The position numbers and the translations under genes are program-made. From contig CM038998.1 of the NCBI GenBank assembly GCA_017499595.2, positions 2,418,001 through 2,482,000 of the forward strand: DNA of 64,000 nt. The letters run 5' to 3'. Under the pieces are notes generated by a model. That model made no database searches. It saw nothing but the letters and a program-made list of their open reading frames with translations, and was not told the origin of the DNA. This document shows positions 1 through 12,570 of the stretch, piece after piece; the stretch's first letter is position 1, and the number at the start of each line of letters is the position of its first letter. This DNA is from Psilocybe cubensis. Lineage: Eukaryota.

Positions 1-1065
1 GGCCAACGAGATGTTCTCCGTCCTCCTGGCAGATAAGAGATAACTATTAAGCGTTCTGTAGAACACGAGGAGTTCCTGAGTCCGTACCAGTTCCGCTGCA
101 ATAGTAACTGTATGATTGGTTACAATGACAGGCAGGATGTTCGCCTGTGAATTTGGATAAGAAAAAAAATCACCTTGGAAGATAAGGATAAGTAAGATTC
201 ACCTGGCTGTTTGTGATGGAAGAGAAGAGAAATATAGCGGACGGTAGCGACCTAAAAAAACCTTGAGCTGCAGCGAGAAAGTAATTGCCGATACTAAATA
301 CAAAATTATCAGTGTACCGATACCTAAATCATAAAATAAGAAACTTTCCTGCCGTTGCGAAAATCGAAGTTCTTGTGAGCACGCTTGAGTAGCTCACTTT
401 CAAAGTAAACAAGAAATCCTACGAATCGTCTTCAGCGTCAGCGGTACCAAACGCTGGAATAGAGTATATACCTCTAATGGTTTCTTTCCTGTCAATGGGT
501 ATCCCTCGCCATAGTTTACTTTTTCCTTCAACAATGTCTCGCCATTCTTCCCGGGCATCCCTCTGGGAAGTGTGAGAAGACAAACGATGAGCCAACAGTC
601 GTCGAATCGCCTCTAGGGGTGAGGAAGGTGCAGCATGGGGGATCAGACGGACAAGCCTTGACCTTATATCACCTGGAAAATTTCTTTAGATATGTAGAGA
701 GCCAGAGTGGTATGAGTGATTTCACCAACTGAGGGACCGCCGAGTACGCGTATAATTTCGCTGGATGAGCCTCCGTCGTCCGACACAGGAAGAACGTAAC
801 AGACATTCCGGAAGGCAGAGCAGATGGCATTACCGCCAGTGCCTCCAGAAATAACAAGAAATGATTTGTCTCTAGTAGAAATATCTACGGACAGTTCATC
901 TTGGTCTATGGCAGGAGAAAAAGATTTCTCAATCCCAGTGGACACGCCAAGTCCATTAACTGGGAGAACAGGGTTTACTGGTTGAATAGGGAGATCGAAA
1001 ACAGAAGAGCCTGGGCTGTCATGATGAGGAATTGTCAACGCTTGGCTATGATCTCTGTCGCCCAT
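1..1065 (-). CDS. CofD/UPF0052-like (YNL011C-type) protein, multi-exon, 3' end outside window
   Basis: Motif VISGGTGGNA...VLPVSDDGGSSSEIIRVLGGPSVG in ORF 664..1125. Spliced exons continue toward position 1. Likely ATG at 1065. Confidence 0.85.
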
Positions 1066-1271
1066 AGTGGGTCGTAAGATTCTAAGAGACAGGGGGTGCA
1101 TAATAGAGAACTCAACTTTATACATTTATAATTGGAAGCAGGTGTTGATGAAACTAAGAAGCCTAATTAAGGCCGAAAATGAACGGACCGCAGCCGAGTC
1201 CAAACTTAGCTCGTTGCTGCCTTACATTGTGCAGCAGTTATACCACGCTTTCATCTTGCCCATTGCCCACC

Positions 1272-2129
1272 ATGTCCCAAGACAGTTTCCCTGCTTTGCC
1301 TGGCTTCTATCGTCTTTTGTTTCTTTATCTGGAGCCAAGTAAGCTATAAACTCCTTCTTATTGCATATTTCTCCAACACGTTCATGGCTAGTGTCAACCA
1401 TAGCGCCATTCCTCATGGTGTGGATTTCCCCAGGCTCTGCCTGGTTCCACCACGAACTTATTCCATCCGACAATGGCCCCACTGGTGTGTTGTCACCGAG
1501 AACTCAGATGGCTATTTGGCAGTTAGCAAATTGTGAGTCGGCTGTTGAGGTCAACCTCATCCTCAACTTCGTCTTCGCCCTATTCTGATACGGAACGCTA
1601 TGCCATGTTTACCAGGCTACCTACTTTTGGGTCTGATTTCCTCTTTGGTCTTCCGTTCTGTGCGAGATGCACTTCCCAACAATCCAGCTGCACAAGAGCG
1701 CATCTTGGGGGCTAGCTTTCTCGCTCTCGGTATCGCAGATGTAAGCGGTTATCATTCTTGTTGTGACCGGTAACTGATTGCGTTGCGGTTGTGCAATTTT
1801 CTACGTCTGATATCCTCAGCTGACGCAGTACGTTATTCCTAAAGTTTTTGTCATTGAGACGGATCCATACTAAATTCGTTTCCCTCAGCATCATTGCTAC
1901 ATTTATCGGTCTCCCAGCGGATTTGAGATACACTCCTTTTTTGTGGAATACAATGACTCATGGCAATATCACAGTTGTCGTTGCTCTGTTCTTATTTAGG
2001 TAACATGCTTTCACCGTCCTCCATATCTACGCTCATCGTTCTCTCTGTAGGTTGGCTTGGTATGCAGGCATCGGCCGTACTTCGTACTACTTTGGAGTCC
2101 CAGAGGTGAAAGCGAACAAGACCTCTTAA
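1272..2129 (+). CDS. Small multi-pass membrane protein, DUF7704-like, paralog A (6 exons)
   Basis: Spliced product MSQDSFPALPGFYRLLFLYLEP...WFHHELIP...WQLANCYLLLGLISSLVFRSVRDALPNNPAAQERILGASFLALGIADLTH...WNTMTHGNIT...LAWYAGIGRTSYYFG. Canonical introns and an 8-nt microexon at 1820..1827. Confidence 0.85.
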
Positions 2130-2512
2130 GCAATGGCAACCTAGAGGCGATGGAACATTCCCTGTTGAATTACGTTTCAATGGTCCTATCTGCGGCATGC
2201 ATTCGGCATTTTTACGAGACTGTCCATTGTATAAATGGCGCGCGAATGAAATAGAATCATCAGAATGTCAGTCTATGCTAAGATCAACACATATCGTACA
2301 CAAATGGCTGATGAATCAGGATTCGATAGTAGCATTAACTTGTTTCGTTCAAGTCGGGTACCTGACTTACGTCTTCTCCGCAGGGTTGCGCCTGAGTAAA
2401 TGACCGGCTGACAGATCAGGTGTCGTCTACTTTCCGATAAATATCGCCATGACTCAAAATTCTACACCCATTCTGAGCTATCCTGCTGTGGTACTATTAT
2501 CGAGAGGCCACT

Positions 2513-3315
2513 ATGACGAAGTTCGATGCTTTACCAGGATACTACAAATTTATTTTCCTGTACTTTGAACCCAGTGAGTACATCTGCCTCAACTCGTATT
2601 TTGTTGTATTCACCACGCGCCAGTCTCCGAGATTGGCCCATTTGTTACATCGTTCATGTGGGGACCGAGCTGGTTTTATAACGAGCTAGTACCGCCCACT
2701 GGCCCTCCACCGGACTCCATGGACCCAAGAGCAACCATTGCTGTTTGGCAACTCACTATTTGTATGTCTATTCGTTAAAGGCTTGAGCATCCAATACTCA
2801 TAATGTTGCAGGTTATCTCCTTATGTGTATTATGACTTCCCTCGGATATCGGGCGGTGCGCGACACCTTAAGCAACAATCCTGCCGGTCAAGAAAAGCTG
2901 ATGGGCGTTTTTCTTGGGTCGCTGGCTCTTGCAGACGTATGTTGATGGCTTTTCATTTTACAATGGCATTGCAGCAACATTAACCCGTTAACGCGTTTTC
3001 CAGGTAACTCAGTAAGCGTTTCAACAAAATCACGAACTTCACCATTCACAGACCTATTCTCTCGATCCAGTTTATATCTTACTTTCGACAGTCTTCCAGA
3101 TGATATCAAATATCTTCCTTCTCAGTGGAATACGACAACCCATGGTAATCTTAGTGTCGTCCTCATCTTACATTTCTCACGGCAAGTGCTTACTCCTACA
3201 ATTTCTGCAAATGATATTGATTGCTTGTTACAGCCTTGCTTGGTTCTTCGGAATTGGCAGAAAGAGATACTACTTTGGACAACCGTCGTCCGTTGTCACA
3301 AATTACCGTACATAA
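2513..3315 (+). CDS. Small multi-pass membrane protein, DUF7704-like, paralog B (6 exons)
   Basis: Spliced product MTKFDALPGYYKFIFLYFEP...WFYNELVP...WQLTICY...NNPAGQEKLMG...LADVTH...WNTTTHGNLS...LAWFFGIGRKRYYFG. Same intron positions as paralog A, an 8-nt microexon at 3004..3011, and a GC donor at 3182. Confidence 0.85.
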
Positions 3316-6300
3316 ATGTGCAATTTTGCTTCCATTATATTGTTGATGCCCTGTACATACTTTTGTCATGTGTCAAAACCGGGAATATGTCTACATCAAC
3401 TATGTAATGTGTAGTTATGACGGTATTTCGGCTCTTGCGTCTCAAATTCACACGGTTAGTCGACCACAGACTGCAGCGCGTCAAAATTCTTTCAGACAAA
3501 ATCGTCAATGGTACTTGAAATAGGGATGAGATGAAGGTCAGTTTGCACCAGATGATTTTAAAGGTATTTATTCAGGAGTGGAATGCGAGATATTTCATTC
3601 TAAAGGTGCCATTGGCGTAATCGCTTTGTTATCTTTGATACAATCCCTATCCTATCAAATAATGCATGAGCGCGAGCCCTATCTAAGAAGCGTCGCGTTT
3701 CAAGTTGGTCCAATGGATTAGAAGTCCTCAAGGGGGTAAACCGTGTCAACATGACATTCTGTGGGAACCGATAACCCTCTTAATTTTTTTCAGGGGTTCA
3801 AATTTTCAGGCTGCGCATTTTCTCGCTAGAAGTTTTGCCAGATATTGCAGAGACTGGTTTTCAACCCTGAGTCTGAGCATGTTACATAAATCTGAAGGCA
3901 TCTAATAATGCCCTTGGCAATCAACTGTCGCTTCTGTATAATCTGACCACGAGAAAGTTCTCAGGTATGTACCTTAAAGTTACTATGTTAATCAAGTTAA
4001 AATGTGAGAATTTGAGCGAGTACGGTGCGCTAGGAGTACCAGCCAGGAATTTAATCAAGTTACTCTGACGTTGCCTATTCTTGTGGGACTTGCGGGACTT
4101 GGTGGTCTACCAGAGTCACCGCCTCGTGATATTCCTCTATTTATAGCCGTGTAGAGGTAGTTTGTCTATACACTCTATATGTTCTTCTATGTTTTGGGGA
4201 TTCTCTAATGTCATATATTGAGAAAACAACCTCTTGTATTATAAATTTACCTTCAAGACTTGAAAAATCTCTCATAGTTGCAACCATTGCCGCTAGGAAC
4301 ATGGTCTGACTGATGTTGTAGATCAAATTTTACGTCCCTCCCTCCGGGCATCGTTCTTCTTGTGTTCTTGGTTACATTTTGTGACACGTTTAATAAAAGT
4401 AGTTTACAAGCTCCGACACTGCGCATCAACCAGAAAATTGAGTGTCTTTTGAAAACAATCGACCATCAATGACATTGACACTGCCATCAAGCTGAGGAAG
4501 GCGGCATATCGGCCCATTGCGCTTCATGCAGAATCAACAAGCCGCGTTGGGTGTTCGACACAGTCATACATCGCGGGTAATGAGCATCAAAGTTGTCTTT
4601 GCATTGCATTTGTCTAATTCCCAATGGAAATTTTGGACTCGTGTTCTCATATTTTAGTGAGGCTCCATGTGAAAGATGAGGGCCATGATGCATGAGGCCT
4701 TAAGGAATTGCAGTTTGTTGACACTCCGATAACAGCCGAACCGGCCATACTCTGAATTTGTGCACGCAAACAACAGTTTGAACTTTGATGCAAACATCCT
4801 GGAGAAATTTCAAGCTACACCCTCCAAATCCTCAACCACTGTTCAATGATCTATATCTTTTCATTCATTCTTTTCTTACAATTTTTATTGACTTACACAA
4901 TTACTACCCTGTCATTTGCAGTACTTCAGACAGTGAGCACCTCCAGATCTAGCTAGCGGGGTTAGCGGAAATAAAAAGGACCATTGTAAATATACTATTA
5001 AAATACTGTAACTACAATGTAGAGTCATTCTAAGTTTTAAAAAACATATGTAATCCATATTAACGGGAACTATGCCTATGACATAGACTGTGCGAACCCG
5101 AGAATGGTCCCTGGATCCAAAAATGTAGCGTACGGATGGACGGACAAGTCCCAACAATCCCGTGGGAAAGCGGGTGTCCATGCAACTTCGATTAAATTCC
5201 TGGCTGGTACGCCTGGCGCACCGTAGCGAGTCATACAGCGAGAGCACGTATAGATATGATCTCACAAACCCAGCGCTTCCCGGATCCATCTACAATTCCA
5301 TCTGCAAATTGAAGAATCTTGATTGGCGTCGTTTCCCGTTATATCTCCCGACCAATTCCCTACTTGAGCTTGATTTGGCAAATGTCACAACAGTTAATCA
5401 GAGCAACATGACAACGAACGTGTTTACCAAGTGTTTGTGACTTTTCCACGATTATCTTCTGAGCCTTAAGCGCCGAAGAAAGACCTTATTTGAATATTGC
5501 TGGCATTTCCTCGCATTCCAATGACGTATAGACGCATCGGATCGAGAATATTATTGACGCCCAAAATCTATATCAGTAATTTGACTCTTGAGGCTTAGTT
5601 TCCAGTTTGCCAAAGTGCTCTTACATCTCGGTTACACACTAAACAGAGGCTTCAATTAATGGTCAACACAAGAGGACGTTTTCAATAATGGCTAATGTTG
5701 TCCGTGTGTTTGGCCAACGGGGAGTTTTCTGAAATAATGCTGAACGTTGTTTTCTAGAAAACTCTTGCTACTCGCTCTTGCTACCAAGATAATCTTAACA
5801 AGACTCTAGCCCATATGGTCAAAAATCAGCATTTTTACAAGGTTCATTAAACCAACTCCGAACCTCTTTGCAGCACGATGGCAGTAGACCTGGTACCATT
5901 CTTCTAAGAACTTGAATCAAGACACATCATGATAAGTTGCAAATTGGCCTATAAGGCCTTTCGGGCTCAAAGATGTGGCGCAAAAAGAAAGTGTCCACGA
6001 GATAGTGGTAGTGGTAGAGAACAGTGGGTACATATGCGTCGCAAATTACACAATAACTGAAATGAAGTGTTGCACGGCATTCCACAACTGAAAACATGAA
6101 TTATCAGTGTGTTATTTAACGCGTAGGCTTTCAGAACTGCGCTTCCCTGCTCCAAATGTTTCGGTGCCCTCCATAGAGTTTTGGTTCGCTTGAGGATGAA
6201 GATGCATCAAAGTGGAAGCAACGATTTGGACCTTTCGGGTGAGAGAGGAAAAATACGGGAAAGAGGCGTGAGTGAAGAATATGGACTGTGTCGCTTAATG

Positions 6301-7105
6301 GGAGGTAGGTTTGGGGAATGAATGATGTGTTTCCCCTCTTTTCCTTGTACAATGCACAGACCCATAAATCCACCGTATAACTGTCCTTCGAAGGTGTAGC
6401 GCACGGGAAGGTGAAGTATCACTGTTCAACGGTCGTTAGAGGTCTGTCGACTGGAATGTGAAAGGTGTGACGGGTAGATTGCGGGGCACCAAGCTTTGTG
6501 GGCGGGGATGCCGATGTGAGCCTACCGGTAGGCAATGTAGTGCGGAGGTTGGTGAGTAATTTCGGAGGTGGGTGACGAGTTGGTTGGAGGAAGTCATTAG
6601 TGTATTACTGTTTCGCCGGTGTCTCAGTTGGTTATTTTGGATTCCTTAGAGGCTTGATTCCATGAGGTCGTTAAAGGTCGTGTCTTTAAAGTGGCATGGC
6701 GCAGACATCCGCGGGGGGTGATTAGACGAAGAAAATGCAAACCAGGCCAGGGACGCAGACAATGGATTTGGCATTGGAAATTGAACATTTGGAGAAGGTT
6801 TCCGATGCCATTGTTTGAATTCGACCATTTTCGGAACGAAAAATCAATCCCGGCAAAAAAATCTTCTTCAGGCTCCGTTCCACCCATGATTACAAAAAAT
6901 CTTCTGGAAATTGCAGGCATCTTGATAAAGTCTTGGGTATGTTTTCGACGAGATGTAGGTCAGTAAATTATTTTTTCTGCGTGAAAATAAGCAGCCGAGG
7001 CAGGAGGGCACCATGTATTCGAACGAGAAGGATTTGCCAGAAATTTACCGCCGAAAGTTTCGGAGTCAGAATATGGTGCCCCCCGTCCCCGTGGTTGACT
7101 CTTCA

Positions 7106-7839
7106 TTACACCCTCGTCCTTGTTCCTCGATAATGCAAACCTCCACTTACTGGCATTTCTAGACCGCGCTGCGTTACAGTCAGTTGACCTCCAGGCCACA
7201 TCTCGACGTTAAACCAGATCCGTCTCAAGTTCGAAATCCGAAGGATAGAAATTCGACATTGCTGAATAAGATCGTCGAAAAGCCGAACCGTGCGCCATAA
7301 ATTATGCCAAGGTGGATATCTTGTGAATCCTTGCCTTGAAGTTGTCCAGCAGTCTCTTGACTGATACATGTAAATTCTAGCACGCCGGCGTTCCATTATG
7401 AGCAGAAATCCTCTAGACACGGTCTCACAGCAAACGGCTTGAAGGCTTGAAGGTATCTTCGGTTGGCAAGCAACAAAGATGCACACAACGCTCTACGGAG
7501 CTTCAACATTGGAGGGGATAAATAATCAGCACTCAAGGCGACAGAATCATCAAGCCAGGACAGATAGCTGGAGTCCAAAGAGGTAGACATTTCAGGATGT
7601 TCGGACAAGTACCATTGTTAAAGAAAATAATTCTTTGGTGAGTGTTCTTCAAATATTGTTCTTCGATATTTTTCTTGTCGAGGAGGCATCACACTATTCT
7701 TGAGGGTTTGAGGGTGTATAATTGTTGAAGACTTGAGGTCTTGAAGTTTGAAGTTGCCTTGAAGGTATGCGTCGACAGAAAACGTGGTGGCATCAGGCTT
7801 TGTTACCGTCTCGTACACGCACAGGGATAGCCGTTTCAC
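7106..7839 (-). pseudogene. Candidate decayed gene, possibly agaric F-box-like
   Basis: ORFs 7618..7839 and 7396..7608 are in the same frame and separated by one TAA. Removing one copy of the 8-bp tandem repeat at 7436..7451 joins them to ORF 7106..7486. Confidence 0.35.
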
Positions 7840-8904
7840 AAGACAAAAACATTACACAAATTAATCTGTACATGAGGGTGGAACGAAGGAGAAAAAACGA
7901 ATGCTAATATCAGTTGTTATTCTTTTATAGGTACCCCGACGGGTGACTCACCTGTGACGCGTGATCACCGACATGGCGGGACCGACGCTATTACCATATT
8001 TGGAAAGACGAGTTACCGACGTTCGCTGTCGCTGGTGACCACAAATGCGATAGACACCCGCTACGCAGTTTCAGCATAACCAGACGAAGACATGAGCGCA
8101 AAACACGACATTGAATTTTGGAGCCATTCAAGTAGCAGACACCAGTATTGACTGAGCGATACCGGTTTTGGGCGACATGCATTCACCTCTCCAAGCACAA
8201 AAGACCGAAGACAGAGCAAATCAAACGTCAAGAACCTAGAAGGATGCTGTGAGCGCTTCGAAAAGCATGTATGCAGACCCTTGGTTCATGAAGGATTCCG
8301 AATCGATTTCTACAGTTTACCTCCGTGAGCAACAGGCTGCTGTTGACCCCGTGATGCTGGTGAGTGTCCGTTACGAGTAGTCCCGACGACGTGGATTGAA
8401 CTACCATCGAAGCCAGCTTTCTTCGGTGCATTGTGGCCTGAGTGGGCGTGTGGTATGGATATGTTTGGCAAACTTGCTAACATATCCCACATCACGACTG
8501 ATTGACCCTGGTAAACGTGAGCCGGGCTTCTGGGACCTTATGAATCGAGATGATTTATGTCGTCTGTGATGTGCGCTGCTCAGGATTTCCTCATCTGTCC
8601 TTCGAGAGGCGCGATCGTTGGCTTGACGGGGATGTGTAAAAAATTGAGATATTGTATGTACCTTTTTCTTATGTCCTTTCGTCGACTGATAAAATTTTAA
8701 CTTCCACCCGTCTTCCTTTTCAGAAGCGAGACGCCACCGTGACACGCTAGACCCCGTCGCGATCCTGCAATTTTTTCGCTACAGTTTTTTTTGTCTGCGC
8801 GGCTACCTCTTTAGACCCCCTGGGTTCAAAAATATCGACATTTAAAATGCGACCCTCCATACAGCTTCCCCATATCTTCCCCACATTCACTCGGACTCAA
8901 ACAC

Positions 8905-9475
8905 ATGAACTTCCCTCAGTCTATCCCCTTTTCCTCCAACCAAATATCAACTAATGGACCACATCTCCCGAGTTTTGAAGAAGCCACGGAAAAGGTAGAT
9001 GTTGGCGGTTTACCGAGCTACAGAACATCACGTCGGCATCGCTTCCACCCATACCACAGACCCTCTACTGCTATAATTGACCCCGTTGAAAAGTACTTTG
9101 TCAGTATTTTACAGCAACTTGTAAATATGGATTTTGACGCGAGTCTTTAAGAACACCATCTTTGACGATGAATACGTCCCGCTCCAAGTTCCGGCGCGCA
9201 TTGTACCACCCCTTCCTGTGGGCGCCCTGGTGAGTGACGCTGCTTTGTTCAACGACTTTCTTGGTCACTTATTTGGTTTCTATGATTTTTTAGGTCCCTG
9301 GACCTTTACTGTACAACAACAGGAGGGCTGCTGCTGCCTACCAGCGCCGAATCGAACATCTTGCAGTGTTCATCATGGTAAGTTTTTCCTAGGACATGCA
9401 CTTTCCTCTTCATCGCTCATGCGTCTCCAGAACGAATTTGTTGCCGGTTTGCACCGCGCCCGCCGCCAAGGATAG
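8905..9475 (+). CDS. Small uncharacterised protein (~130 aa, 4 exons) with RRHRFHPY motif
   Basis: Three phase-0 GT-AG introns give MNFPQ...LPSFEEA...GLPSYRTSRRHRFHPYHRP...EKYF/NTIFDDEYVPLQVP...GAL/VPGPLLYNNRRAAAAYQRRIEHLAVFIM/NEFVAGLHRARRQG*. Confidence 0.7.
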
Positions 9476-9829
9476 TTCATTGCGCTGTCTAATTTGGAGC
9501 TCCACTTTTTCGCCACCGTGGTCGGAATCAAATTTACCTCAACCTCGATACCCTTGATTTGTATATAGTACATTAGTGGCCTTGGTAGCTGCTTCTTTTT
9601 TTTGCAGGATCGATTGCCCTTTTCTTAACGCCACACACCCAAAACGACCAGCGAAGATGAGGACGCGCAGGTTGGATCGCGGGTTTTGTCCAGGCGATAT
9701 GATATCGGCTCTGGCTGGCACTTACATACGACAACCCATTGTTACATATACATCGGTCATTAACATCATTACTATTTACAACAACATGTCTACTATAATG
9801 TCCAATGAAAACAAATATCACAATGATGC

Positions 9830-11354
9830 CTATGAACCTGATAGCTCAGGAAATAGTCCAACCAGGATGCGGTCTAGAAGGAAGACTAGAAGGCGCAAAT
9901 TGCACTCTGCATCACTTAAAGGATCGAGTGCGGATTCGAGTGTTTTTGAGGAATCTGGGCCAAGAAGCAACGGCAATAAGAGAGCTGGGGTCGACGTGTT
10001 AGTATATATAGTCTGATTTCCCGAAAATCACGTACCGACAACGCCTGTTCCTTTCCAAGAGACCAGCCTCGCACGCCATTCAGCTTGTTCCTCTGGAGAT
10101 GGAATTGGAGGTTGTGGTCCTGGGTAGCCATTGGGGAACATCGTCCGCTTAGCAGTACGTGTAACATTGAGAATAAAGGCTGGCGAAAGAAAGTTGTGCA
10201 GCATATGGGGAAGCAACTTGTCCATAAAGGGGGTCATTGAGGCAGTAATCATTGAAACAATAGTTAGAGTAATAGTTGACGTGTATCGCTCCTGGGCAGA
10301 TACAAGTTCAGAGAGCAGTACGAGAGGTTGGTCGGCATAATTGTGATGTCCAAATGAGGCCGGGTGACTATCTGTGGCAACCATGGTAGGAATGGCAGAT
10401 GCATATGTATGTGAAGATATTGAAGAGGTGGTAGAAAGCGGGGAGGCAAGGGAAGAAGTGCGGGTGATGGGCTCAGGGACAGAAGGAACAAATGCTGGTG
10501 GGGGAGGTTGAGGTGTCCGTGGAGGAGACTGCTGGACGAGTTTGATAGTGGACATAGTTTGCTTGTAGGTGTGTATAAGAGCAAGACACATGCCTGAAAA
10601 TGATTGTAGAAGAGAAAGCACGATTACAAGGAAAGTATGACTGGTTGAAGTGGAGGGGGGAACAGGGGGCTGAGACTTTACAAGAATTTAGCGATAGCTT
10701 CACGGACCAGGAGGAGGAACACACCACAAATATTGGTTCTTCTTGAGGACCCATAAGGTCGAGAATGGTTCTGTTGATGAACCACGGCTGAGTGATTTTT
10801 GGAATGACATCGTCAATGAGGACTTTGACGACAACTTCGCGAATGATCAGGCGCTCCGCCTCGGGCGCATATTCTTCCGGAGGCAAACATGCCTTGAGAA
10901 TGTGGTCGACTATCTGGCGATAGTACTCCCTGTTGAGCGAGCCATCGGGAGATATGGCCATATGTGGCTGGAGGTGAGCGAAGAGAGTGGAAAGCGAGGC
11001 GGCGCCGCCGGTTGCATAGGCCGTCTGTGTCTTTGCGGCAGCATTGCGGTAGTCGCGATAGTGCTGGACTATTATGGCGGGTGCATCGTGGAAGACAAGA
11101 TCTGGGAGATCAAGAGCCTGTATTCTGCGGTCGAGGACGCGGATGACAGTGGTGAGCACGGCGGATATATGGGGCAGAAAATCCTTGTCATAGCGGGTGA
11201 TCTTTGACCACCACGGGGAAACATAGGCGCGCAAGGCGAGGGCGAGAAAGTCGTAAATTTCTGGGGTCAGCTCTGGGGCGACATTGTGTGAGTGGAAGAG
11301 AAGGGGGGCGGGGGCAGCGTGGAAGAGGAGGCGGCTAGCGAGGGAAGGAGGCAT
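9830..11354 (-). CDS. PXA domain protein (PXA plus C-terminal Nexin_C/PXC-like segment)
   Basis: EIYDFLALALRAYVSPWWSKIT.DKDFL...ERLIIREVV matches the PXA pattern. The C-terminal part has KRTMFPNG and LLVFLLDRILVGLFPEL. Three exons, TAG at 9830. Confidence 0.85.
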
Positions 11355-11540
11355 GCACTGTGCAGCCTGAGTCTCGAGCGAAACCAACTGGGGGATCAGG
11401 GCTGGATCACGTGAGAGGGTAATTGGTGCTTGGTCTTGGTCGCGACTTGAATGTTCGCCTCTTGTCATTGTCATTTCCAGTCGCTCCTTTTATTCTATTT
11501 AATCTGCTCAACGAGAGCACATCTCCCCGGCCTCTGCGCA

Positions 11541-12459
11541 ATGCTGGGCAAGGACATCATCATCGCCATAGCTATATGCGCCGTCCTCGCTGCCCTCGTC
11601 GCAGTCGCAGTCGCCGTACGCATCCTCAGGAGCCTCTCCTCCACATCAAGTCCTTTGCCTCCCGTTCAGCCCCTTGCTCGCCACCGCGAACAGCAGCTCG
11701 CAAAGTTTGACGGCGCTCTTCCCCGCTCACAGACATGGTATGGCAGTCAGAACCATCTCGCTCCCAATACCCTCGTCTCCATCTCTACCAGAGGCAGTCG
11801 CGCTTCCCTCATTGCCCAGTCCTCTTCGCCGGCTGACACAGAGTCTGCTGCAAGCTACTCGCCCTCCATCTACAACCAGTCCCTCCACCTGCCCACCCAC
11901 TCTTTTGAACCTCCCCGGCCAGGCTCTTCCTCCTCCTATGGTTCCTCCGAACCTGGGGCCACAAACCCTTCCCTTGACCCGCCTCCTCTTCCCCGCGCAA
12001 GGTCCTTTTCTTCCTCACCAAGACGCTCCCGTCCCCTGTCCGTTTCTTCTTCACATAGCACGATCTACTCCAAGGCTAGTCGCCATACCCTTCGCGGAAC
12101 CCCACACGGCCCCCACAGCCAGATTCAAATCGTTCTCCCAGCACCTCTGGCGGCAGATCAGTCAGCCGCTGATGTCTCAATGCGCCGGTCTAGTCGCTTT
12201 GATGGCGATGCTTATGACCGCACAAGTGTTGTTGATAAATGGCTATCTCCAGGCACGACCACCCGTGTGTACTATTCATCAATTATTCGTTTGCACAGAG
12301 CACTGATGATAGCATGCACTAGCCGAGGAATTGCCTGCGAGCACGAGTGAAGGACGGCGAACACTGTCCAAACCACGGCCCCCGCCCGTTCCCCGGGTGC
12401 CATCCATGTTTATTTCTCAGAATGTTGTAGCGAGTACGAAAGACGAGTCGGAAGCGTGA
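11541..12459 (+). CDS. Uncharacterised N-terminal single-pass membrane protein with Ser/Pro-rich tail
   Basis: Hydrophobic IIIAIAICAVLAALVAVAVAV followed by LPPVQPLARHRE and PHGPHSQIQIVLPAPL. One intron near 12266-12322, TGA at 12457..12459. Confidence 0.75.
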
Positions 12460-12570
12460 GACGCGTGATTTTGTTTCTTTGTGCTTTAATGATGTCATAT
12501 GACCTTGGCGGAATCTATCATTCTCTGATAACAAAATAGCTTTTTTAAACCTGTACTTTTTGTAATCATT

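Noticed and set aside
2368..2390. CTGATGA hammerhead-core-like motif (also near 24613, 27424 and 56290)
   Set aside because: No properly placed stem II plus GAAA and cleavage triplet.
3700..3815. tRNA-like fragments (GGTCCAATGGATTAG and GGTTCAAAT)
   Set aside because: The T-stem and acceptor stem do not pair, so no cloverleaf can be built.
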